DNA of 64,000 bases, from assembly GCA_040954595.2 (NCBI GenBank), contig CM082587.2:9615403-9679402 (forward strand), written 5' to 3'. Shown here one piece after another: positions 8,201-16,198 of this stretch. Each line of letters starts with the position of its first letter. Position 1 is the stretch's first letter. The translations under genes and the position numbers were made by a program. Source of the DNA: Balanoglossus misakiensis. Lineage: Eukaryota > Animalia > Hemichordata. Below the pieces are notes generated by a model. It saw only the letters and a list, made by a program, of their open reading frames with translations. It did no database searches and was not told where the DNA came from.

Positions 8201-9539
8201 CTGCACAGTTGAAACAGATCAATGGCTTCCTTGACTTCACTGGATTCGCATTTGGCACATTGACAGGACACTGTCTTGAAAAATGACCCATACCACCACA
8301 CGTGTAACACATACCAGGCGACGAGCTGGCAGCTGGTTTGGTTGCTCCCGGTGTTTTCTTTTCTAATTTCTTCTGTCTTTCTTCTAACGACTCCATCTTC
8401 TCCTTCATCGCTGACAACATAAGGGTATTTTCTTGAAGGACTTTGGTCATCATAGCGATTTCATTCGCACCAAGATTTTTTTGTTGGCTCATAGACTCCC
8501 TCTTCAAACTATCATCCCCGGCGGCCACCTGACGGGTCTTCGCACTCGGTTTCCGTACTTGAGGAGACTTCAAAGCTTCACGCTCTAGGACCTCTTGCTC
8601 CGCATTCCGTACCACACGCAACAAATCATCATAGGTTTTGGCCTCCTTGTATCCATGGCGTGCTATTTCCCTCACCTGGTCATCGCTGATATTTCGCCAG
8701 AATACAGTTTTCAAAGTCTGGTCTTTCTCACGGAGTGGCAGTCCACCTCTTTTACACACCATATCCAAATCCAATTCAAGGCGCGTCCCAAAGTCTGACA
8801 TCGATTCCCCGGGTTTTTGTTTACTGGAGCTGTAAAACCTGGCCAGCAAATCATCCCCGGATTCAACTTCTCCAAAGCGACCTTCTAACTTGTTCACTAT
8901 CTCTTCTACAGTGGCGTCGAACCCCATTCCCATAACCAATAGAGTGGCCCGCCCTCGAAGTGATTCCCTCACAGCTTGCATCACCATGGCTGGGGAATGT
9001 GCACGACTCTGTTGAAACCACAAAACTTCTTGTTTCCAGATTTCAAACTCAGCATCCCCTTTGCGAGATGGATCACCAGAGAAAGTTGGTAATTTCGATC
9101 TCTGGGTCAAATATACCGCATGCCCAGCATCCATAGTCGTCTCCATACCAGGTTGTGACTTTTCATGACCCCGTCTTGGTGCCATACCTCTTCTATTCTC
9201 ATCTGTCCATTCTCTTCCCAAAGATCGTCTATTTCTTTCTTTCTGCAACTCTCTGTCTAATAATCTTGCTTCTTCATCTATCCATTGCACCTCTTCACTC
9301 AACAATCTCTCTTTGTCCCGTCTTTCCTCCTCGTCTATCATTCTCTTCGCAGTTCTTTCAATCCGTCTCTCCAATGACCGACGTCTCATTAACTCTAATG
9401 TTCTCCTTTCTTCTGTTTCAGGTGTACGAAGACCATCCTCCTCCACTTGTAAGACAGGCATTTCTTCAGGAGTACCAACCTGTAAGGGCTGGGGTTCTTC
9501 ATCAGAAGGGATCCCAAAGTCAATTCCACCAGTAGCCAT
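5268..9539 (-). CDS. gag-pol: Gag-Pol polyprotein of element 1 (PNMA-like capsid, 3 CCHC knuckles, aspartic protease, RT, RNase H), ending at a premature TGA
   Basis: First ATG at 9539 (MATGG; track used TTG 9557). Capsid LPTFSGD...FEIW...SLRGRA...QKPGES; knuckles CYTCGGMGHFSRQC, CFNCAEEGHIARIC, CFRCGGIGHIQRIC; protease LIDTGS; RT LCIDYRKLN, LPMGL, YLDD; RNase H TDAS...LEFLAL...TDNNPL. Confidence 0.96.
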   Translation of the reverse strand: MATGGIDFGIPSDEEPQPLQVGTPEEMPVLQVEEDGLRTPETEERRTLELMRRRSLERRIERTAKRMIDEEERRDKERLLSEEVQWIDEEARLLDRELQKERNRRSLGREWTDENRRGMAPRRGHEKSQPGMETTMDAGHAVYLTQRSKLPTFSGDPSRKGDAEFEIWKQEVLWFQQSRAHSPAMVMQAVRESLRGRATLLVMGMGFDATVEEIVNKLEGRFGEVESGDDLLARFYSSSKQKPGESMSDFGTRLELDLDMVCKRGGLPLREKDQTLKTVFWRNISDDQVREIARHGYKEAKTYDDLLRVVRNAEQEVLEREALKSPQVRKPSAKTRQVAAGDDSLKRESMSQQKNLGANEIAMMTKVLQENTLMLSAMKEKMESLEERQKKLEKKTPGATKPAASSSPGMCYTCGGMGHFSRQCPVNVPNANPVKSRKPLICFNCAEEGHIARICPKPKDEKREKTSNSRQPYTNQGVRAGFDRVVVCFRCGGIGHIQRICPTVLSCQRTETAVSGKGEMSPKKVLKTVKKPVAIDGTIAAKHGQKPVLMSNQLWKRLVGPTPEEHVFINGMRCPCLIDTGSQVTTFSYEYYWKNLTDVPLRLLTDSFVVTGAGGEKLPYLGYIEVKMSFPVSLFASEDEHNVLVLVAADNEYNADVPVTAGTNLLCYYIDCGSLTRNQKKVRSMRMSVTGKKTCNTLLARERFVGKDGFLGDVRAMCRTPISVKPDSDQMVWGRIRGGTPRDQYVVTVEPSAKTPCNIATSATTGVMTCYRRKSQVPVRISNTSDKTVMVKPGDVIGEARAVTWIQTPGQMSAMAHEMNEIQSTPKSTISVDGVVFDLTEADLTTRQLEQVKVCFTEQKDVFSKNDTDLGTCGIEKHRIRLTDETPISERHRRVPPARYQELKHILEGMIDSGVIRESHSPWAAPIVLVGKKDGSTRLCIDYRKLNARTIRDAYALPRIEESFDALKGAALFSTVDLKSGYWQILMDETDVEKTAFITPVGLYECLKLPMGLTTSPASFQRVMEKCLGDLNYKICLVYLDDIIIFSSTFEEHLDRLQQVFQRLAANGLKLSPKKCAFFLKQVNYLGHVVSANGIQTDPAKTEPLKTWPVPTNAQEVKTFLGVTGYYRRYVEGYSKIAKPLNDLTVGLYQRKGRSGKMKLIREEDRPKFNWTEECQHAFETLIERLTHPPILAYPDYEKPFELHTDASLLGLGAALYQKEGPVKRVIAYASRRLSKSERHYPVHKLEFLALKWAVTDKFKDYLYGRKFLVVTDNNPLTYVMTSAKLDATGHRWLAALAQYDFELQYTPGSLNADADGLSRKPHQGYTTDTEGRPYWLDWLPPAERERMNIETVKAVTQSAQVQTLPAVEILGAEPGVVTRVEDEIEKWSDQTALPSVTTADWIAAQKADPVVGRLYMYMVKNK

Positions 9540-9963
9540 ATCATCAGACAACTCCAATAATCCAAGTGTAATAATAAAGGTCTAAGTTCACCCCTGTCTC
9601 TGTCTGTTCCTGAATCACGTATCTGTGTAATTCACCATGAACAGGGATACAATATCCTGCGAGTCAAATGTGCAATATTCTATACACCTGACAAGGAATA
9701 AAAAAAATGTTAAAGATGGTCACATAGTCTCCAGATAACAACAGGAAAACAGTTTACAGCTCTCAAAAAATATGAGAAACAAGAAAACAAAATTGGCTGG
9801 CCCTATACAATAGGAAGCCCTACAACTGTTTTGATCACAACAGCAAGCAACTTCAGTCAGCTAACGCCTCAAAATTCATACTAGAAATGTTAAAGTGAGG
9901 CTGTTACCCACAATGCTCTAAGTAGTGAATGATGCCAAAAGTTAATTTATAACCACCATCGGC

Positions 9964-9981
9964 CCCCCTTAGCGGGCGCCA
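9964..9981 (-). promoter_or_regulatory. Primer binding site of element 1 (tRNA-Lys-like, imperfect)
   Basis: Minus strand reads TGGCGCCCGCTAAGGGGG, 4 nt after the 5' LTR end. First 9 nt plus AGGG match the tRNA-Lys(UUU) PBS TGGCGCCCGAACAGGGAC; tRNA identity is uncertain. Confidence 0.75.
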
Positions 9982-9985
9982 AAAA

Positions 9986-11357
9986 TGTAACCTCACTCAC
10001 AATTACATATAATACAAAAAGGGCCCTGGTGGCATTGCGGCATCTTCGCTCCACAATACTCAATCAGATACAACAAGAAACAATTTTCTCTCTCCGATAA
10101 GTTCAAATATAAAAGAAAAAAACTCGACAGCACTCAATCTCTGAATTGCGTCAATATCAATGAACAAAAAAATCAAGCAATTCAATACTGATCCCACTAG
10201 TGCACCTTTATACCACTGAATGTGCACTGCAAAAAGAAACTGAAATGTTAATCTGTATCACTGGGAATACAAGAAGAATAAAGTTCACTATCCATGTGCG
10301 TAGCTGTATAAATCAATGTACTCCGCAGTGTGAATCAGCGTATTCCGCTGTATAAATCAATGTACTCGGCAGTAAAAATCAGCGTATTCCGCTGTATAAA
10401 TCAATGCACTCGGCAATATAAATCAGTGTACTCCGCTGTATAAATCAATGCACTCGGCAATATAAATCAGTGTACTTTTCCCACAATAGTTCGAAAAAAT
10501 AAAAGTTCACTGTTCACACAATAGTTCAAAAGAAAATAACAGTTCACGATCAATGTACTCAGCTGTATGACTCAGTTTGCTGTCCCGTAAACAGTTCCGG
10601 CGCTGAATCCAACTTCAACTGGCACAATCCGCTGGCAAATGGCAAACCACGGCGAATCCCTCAGAACGTCTGCAAACTGCTACACCCAAAGCCGGCGAAT
10701 CCCTCAGAACGTCTGCAAACTGCTACACCCAAAGCCGGCGAATCCCTCAGAACGGCAGCAAACAGCAAAATGTTACACAGAAACTCGGCGAATCCCTCAG
10801 AAAGGCAGCAAACAGCGACTGTAGCACACAAGCGGCTCGGTGTATCAAAACTGATGGGTCCGCTATCAATACATGTACATATCTCTCTCCGTCTCTAGCT
10901 CGCACACATCACACGCCCGCACGACTCATGGGGGCAGCCATCTTGGAAAGTGTTGTTTCTGCCTACGTGTCCGAATCTCCGACTCAACTTCGGCCCTACT
11001 CGGCTCGTCACGCACTCACCGTCTAGCTGGAACTTCTTGGCCAATTCAAAAAATATAGTTTCTTTTCACACCACGTCTCGCTCTTCAGAATTCAGTGTCA
11101 CTGTTGGCGTTCCGTCCGCCTGTTTCAAAGACCTGCACGCCTCAATACATGACTTCTGGCTGAAACCTGGGCTGCAATTTCAGACGAAAATCTCCCAGCA
11201 ATTTCTGGACGACCAGCTCACGCGTCCTCAATTTTTCCACACCCACTTCCAAAAAAACCCCCAACAACTACCCGGATGAACCGCTGTACCGGCTGAGGGC
11301 GCTGCTGTCACCTTTCCCGTAAAGTCCCCGGATGCTACTCAGTAACCATGGGTTACA
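9986..11357 (-). repeat. 5' LTR of element 1 (1372 bp)
   Basis: Direct repeat of 2059-3430; adjacent to the PBS and upstream of gag on the minus strand. Confidence 0.98.
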
Positions 11358-13973
11358 TAAGCTTTCAGCCTACCAATGTAGCTATTGTATTTTCCACTTT
11401 TTGTAAGTGAAGCCTGACTGTCGCCTGTCTTAGGTCACCACTTCATAAGCGGTCTTACCCGTCATTGGCACAAACAGTCTCAGGACGTAAGCTTTCAGCC
11501 TACCAATATAGCTATTGTATTTTCCACTTTTTGTAAGTGAAGCCTGACTGTCGCCTGTCTTAGGTCACAACTTCATAAGCGGTCTTACCCGTCATTGGCA
11601 CAAACAGTCTCAGGAAGTAAGCTTTCAGCCTACCAATGTAGCTATAGAATTTTTCACTTTTTGTAAGTGAAGCCTGACTGTCGCCTGTCTTAGGTCACCA
11701 CTGCATAAGAGGTCTTACCCGTCATTGGCACAAACAGTCTCAGGATTTAAGCTTTCAGCCTACCAATGTAGCTATTGTATTTTCCACTTTTTGTAAGTGA
11801 AACCTGACTGTCGCCTGTCTTAGGTCACCACTTCATAAGCGGTCTTACCCGTCATTGGCACAAACAGTATCAGGAAGTAAGCTTTCAGCCTACCAATGTA
11901 GCTATTGTATTTTCCACTTTTTGTAAGGGAAGCCTGACTGTCGCCTGTCTTAGGTCACCACTTCATAAGCGGTCTTACCCGTCATTGGCACAAACAGTCT
12001 CAGGAAGTAAGCTTTCAGCCTACCAATGTAGCTATTGTATTTTCCACTTTTTGTAAGTGAAGCCTGACTGTCGCCTGTCTTAGGTCACCACTTCATAAGC
12101 GGTCTTACCCGTCATTGGCACAAACAGTCTCAGAAAGTAAGCTTTCAGCCTACCAATGTAGCTATTATATTTTCCACTCTTTGTAAGTGAAGCCTGACTG
12201 TCGCCTGTCTTAGGTCACCACTTCATAAGCGGTCTTACCCGTCATGGGCAGAAACAATCTCAGGAAGTAAGCTTTCAGCCTACCAATGTAGCTATTGTAT
12301 TTTCCACTTTTTGTAAGTGAAGCCTGACTGTCGCCTGTCTTAGGTCACCACTTCATAAGCGGTCTTACCCGTCATTGGCACAAACAGTCTCAGGACGTAA
12401 GCTTTCAGCCTACCAATGTAGCTATTGTATTTTCCACTTTTTGTAAGTGAAGCCTGACTGTCGTCTGTCTTAGGTCACCACTTCATAAGCGGTCTTACCC
12501 GTCATTGGCACAAACAGTCTCAGGAAGAAAGCTTTCAGCCTACCAATGTAGCTATTGTATTTTTCACATTTTGTAAGTGAAGCCTGACTGTCGCCTGTCT
12601 TAGGTCACCACTTCATAAGCGGTCTTACCCGTCATTGGCACAAACAGTCTCAGGAAGTAAGCTTTCAGCCTACCAATGTAGCTATTGTATTTTCCACTTT
12701 TTGTAAGTGAAGCCTGACTGTCGCCTCTCTTAGGTCACCACTTCATAAGCGGTCTTACCCGTCATTGGCACAAACAGTCTCAGGAAGAAAGGTTTCAGCC
12801 TACCAATGTAGCTATTGTATTTTTCACTTTTTGTAAGTGAAGCCTGACTGTCGCCTGTCTTAGGTCACCACTTCATAAGCGGTCTTACCCGTCATTGGCA
12901 CAAACAGTCTCAGGAAGAAAGCTTTCAGCCTACCAATGTAGCTATTGTATTTTTCACTTTTTGTAAGTGAAGCCTGACTGTCGCCTGTCTTAGGTCACCA
13001 CTTCATAAGCGGTCTTACCCGTCATTGGCACAAACAGTCTCAGGAAGTAAGCTTTCAGCCTACCAAACAGTCTCTGGAAGTAAGCTTTCAGCCTACCAAT
13101 GTAGCTATTGTATTTTCCACTTTTTGTTAGTGAAGCCTGACTGTCGCCTGTCTTAGGTCACCACTTCATAAGCGGTCTTACCCGTCATTGGCACAAACAG
13201 TCTCAGGAAGTAAGCTTTCAGCCTACCAATGTAGCTATTGTATTTTTCACTTTTTGTAAGTGAAGCCTGACTGTCGCCTGTCTTAGGTCACCACTTCATA
13301 AGCGGTCTTACCCGTCATTGGCACAAACAGTCTCAGGAAGTAAGCTTTCAGCCTACCAAACAGTCTCTGGAAGTAAGCTTTCAGCCTATCAATGTAGCTA
13401 TTGTATTTTCCACTTTTTATAAGTGAAGCCTGACTGTCGCCTGTCTTAGGTCACCACTTCATAAGCGGTCTTACCCGTCATTGGCACAAACAGTCTCAGG
13501 AAGTAAGCTTTCAGCCTACCAATGTAGCTATAGAATTTTCCACTTTTTGTAAGTGAAGCCTGACTGTCGCCTGTCTTAGGTCACCACTTCATAAGTGGTC
13601 TTACCCGTCATTGGCACAAACAGTCTCAGGATTTAAGCTTTCAGCCTACCAATGTAGCTATTGTATTTTCCACTTTTTGTAAGTGAAGCCTGACTGTCGC
13701 CTGTCTTAGGTCACCACTTCATAAGCGGTCTTACCCGTCATTGGCACAAATAGTCTCAGGAAGTAAGCTTTCAGCCTACCAATGTAGCTATTGTATTTTC
13801 CACTTTTTGTAAGTGAAGCCTGACTGTCGCCTGTCTTAGGTCACCACTTCATAAGCGGTCTTACCCGTCATTGGCACAAACAGTCTCGGGAGTAAGCTTT
13901 CAGCCTACCAATGTAGCTATTGTATTTTCCACTTTTTGTAAGTGAAGCCTGACTGTCGCCTGTGTTAGGTCAC
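11358..13973. repeat. 130-bp satellite array between the two elements (about 20 monomers)
   Basis: Same monomer and orientation as 1-2058; resumes in exact phase after the TSD. Confidence 0.99.
13969..13973. other. 5-bp target site duplication (GTCAC) of element 2, left copy; right copy at 18793-18797
   Basis: TTAG-GTCAC|TGTGGTA...CACTACA|GTCAC-CACTTC; excision restores the monomer. Confidence 0.95.
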
Positions 13974-14141
13974 TGTGGTATCCGTTAACACATCAGACAG
14001 ACCAAAATCTCTGTCAAACTAAACGGATTTATTCACGAAACTCGCACACACAACACATGTGCTTAAACGCTATACAAACGTAATACAACACACTGCGCAT
14101 GCTCAAAGAGCAAAGGACTGTGGGAGTGTCAGTACACTACA
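13974..14141 (-). repeat. 3' LTR of element 2 (168 bp)
   Basis: Direct repeat of 18625-18792 with one mismatch (C13983 vs T18634). Confidence 0.98.
14028..14033 (-). terminator. Candidate polyadenylation signal AATAAA in the 3' LTR of element 2
   Basis: Plus-strand TTTATT is AATAAA on the element strand, about 55 nt before the LTR end and followed by GT-rich sequence. Confidence 0.6.
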
Positions 14142-14155
14142 TCCCTCCTTTCTTC
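14142..14155 (-). promoter_or_regulatory. Polypurine tract of element 2
   Basis: Minus strand reads GAAGAAAGGAGGGA directly abutting the 3' LTR. Confidence 0.92.
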
Positions 14156-14404
14156 AAACTTGAGATCTATCTCAATGCAAACAGGTGCATAACAATTGAA
14201 GTGTCTCTAGGTTTCAAACAAAATGTCATCAGTGTTCTCGATTAAAGTCAATGTGAAACAAACATCTGAACAGTGTTCATTCATATTGTCCGATCCATAC
14301 CAACACTAAAAATGAACAAAGTTTTGTTAAGCATGGCCGAAAAGTGAACTCAGAAGTTCAACAAACAGTTTTTTCAATGGGCATGTCAATTTGTGAGTCC
14401 GCGG

Positions 14405-16198
14405 CTACCTATTAGACATCACAAAGTCTTCATACCGCTGGGGCATCCTAGAGACTCTCACCGGTCTGGAGCTGCTAGCTTGCTTGACTGGACTGTTGAC
14501 AACTCCTGGCTGTTCTGATGGCTGCGGGTCGGCATTCAGCTCCACACTGGTACCTCCATCTGGGTCACTTTCATCCTCTTTTTCTTTGTACTTCTTCAGG
14601 AATGTCACGTTTCTTCTGTACTCTGCTCCTCCTCTTCCTTGGACGGTCACCTCTCCTCCTTCTTTCTTCACCACCTTGTATGTACATGGCTCGAAGTTAA
14701 GTGACATCTTGTTGGCTTTGGTGTTTTTCAACAGCACTTTGTCACCAACTCCTATCTGACTGTCTGTCGCTCGTCTCTTCGCATCTGCATATTCCTTTCC
14801 AATCAGCTTTCTGGACCAATCCCTGTCACGAATTTCTTCGTCTGCTACGGATTGTTCTCTTCGCAGTTCTGGCAGTTTGGACTTCATTTCACGGCCAAAC
14901 ATCAGGTAGTATGGCGTACATCCTGTAGTCGCCTGAGGTGTTGATCGGTAAGCTGTCAGGAATTTTGACAGTTCAACACGCCAGTTCTTCTTCTCGATCT
15001 GCGCTATACGTAGTGCTTTCATCAACGACCGGTTCTGTCTCTCGACTTCACCGTTTGCCTGTGGCCACAAAGGTGTAGTCATTCTATGTTCAATTCCGTG
15101 TTCTTTGAGAAAGTTCTCAAATTCATCTGAGACAAGCTGTGGACCGTTGTCTGTTCTCAGTGAATGTGGTACTCCGAATCGTGCGAATATAGGCAACAGT
15201 GCTTCGATGATCTTCGCACTCGTTGTAGACTTCATCACTACCGCTTCATAGAATCTGCTGTAGTAGTCCACTACTACCAATATACTTTCGCCACAGGGTA
15301 GAGGACCTAACAGATCAGCGCTGCAGTCTTGCCAAGGACCGCTGGGGGGAGTCACTCGTGCCATAGGTTCTGGTGCTGAATATTCACCGACAACTTGACA
15401 ACCGTGGCAAGATCTACAAATCTGTTCTGCGCTCTTGTCCATCTTGGGCCACCATACCTTCGTACGTAGTCGATTCTTCATTTTCACTATACCTTGGTGC
15501 CCTTCGTGCGCCAACTGTAGTACCCGCTGTCTCAGCGTCTGTGGAATCACAATTCTTGTGCCTCTGAGTAACAGCTCGCCATACGAACATAACTCGTCCT
15601 TCACATGAATGTAGCTGGGAATACTGCATTCCTGCCAGTTCCCTGTACGGACGCATTCTTTGACATGGTTCAGCTCAGGGTCATCCGCCGACGCCCGTTC
15701 TATCTCGCGCGGTGTCAGAGCAACTGGAGTACTGTTCTCTGCAATCTGATGAACGATGTCGTACTTCTCGCCCATATCACGCTGTGTACTGGAGTTCAGT
15801 CGCGATAATGCATCAGCAATATTAGTCTTACCGGGTCGGTAGACTACTGTGAAATCATAGGCTTGCAGGCGCAACACCCATCTCTCTACACGTGCAGACG
15901 GTTTGGACTTTCTTGTGTATATATATTCCAACGGCTTGTGATCAGTTTCGAGTTCAAACTGTCTCCCAAATATATATAGGTTGAACCGCTCACAGGACCA
16001 AACAAGAGCTAGCGCTTCTTTTTCGGTCTGGCTATACCGCTGCTCAACATCTGAAAGTCTTCGGGAAGCATACGAAATTGCTCGCCACTCGCCATCCTGC
16101 AACTGCATCAATACTGCTCCCAGTGCAAATGGGGAGGCATCTGCTACAATCCTCGTCTGGCAGTCCACTCTGAAATATCCCAGTGTGTCAGCTTGGGT
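14405..16198 (-). CDS. pol: RNase H-integrase portion of element 2 Pol, disconnected from RT by a frameshift (ORF track 14405-16168)
   Basis: Frame reads TQADTLGYFRVDCQTRIVADASPFALGAVL (RNase H), EKEALAL, TDHKPL; integrase HEGHQG...CHGC, SADL, TDNGPQ, EVERQNR; tail RPVRVSRMPQRYEDF. Confidence 0.93.
   Translation of the reverse strand, partial: TQADTLGYFRVDCQTRIVADASPFALGAVLMQLQDGEWRAISYASRRLSDVEQRYSQTEKEALALVWSCERFNLYIFGRQFELETDHKPLEYIYTRKSKPSARVERWVLRLQAYDFTVVYRPGKTNIADALSRLNSSTQRDMGEKYDIVHQIAENSTPVALTPREIERASADDPELNHVKECVRTGNWQECSIPSYIHVKDELCSYGELLLRGTRIVIPQTLRQRVLQLAHEGHQGIVKMKNRLRTKVWWPKMDKSAEQICRSCHGCQVVGEYSAPEPMARVTPPSGPWQDCSADLLGPLPCGESILVVVDYYSRFYEAVVMKSTTSAKIIEALLPIFARFGVPHSLRTDNGPQLVSDEFENFLKEHGIEHRMTTPLWPQANGEVERQNRSLMKALRIAQIEKKNWRVELSKFLTAYRSTPQATTGCTPYYLMFGREMKSKLPELRREQSVADEEIRDRDWSRKLIGKEYADAKRRATDSQIGVGDKVLLKNTKANKMSLNFEPCTYKVVKKEGGEVTVQGRGGAEYRRNVTFLKKYKEKEDESDPDGGTSVELNADPQPSEQPGVVNSPVKQASSSRPVRVSRMPQRYEDFVMSNR

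Larger units (their letters stand above)
2059..11357 (-). mobile_element. Full-length Ty3/Gypsy LTR retrotransposon (element 1, 9299 bp) with PNMA-like Gag
   Basis: Two 1372-bp direct LTRs with TGTAACC...GGTTACA termini, 4-bp TSD, PBS and polypurine tract in minus-strand orientation, and domain order Gag-PR-RT-RH-IN (Gypsy order). Confidence 0.98.

Noticed and set aside
3405-9585. Plus-strand ORFs overlapping element 1 gag-pol, including the 164-aa ORF at 3405-3899, and minus-strand 7238-7429
   Set aside because: Antisense or alternate-frame shadows of a long coding region with no motif support; the 164-aa ORF mirrors the 48-bp repeat.
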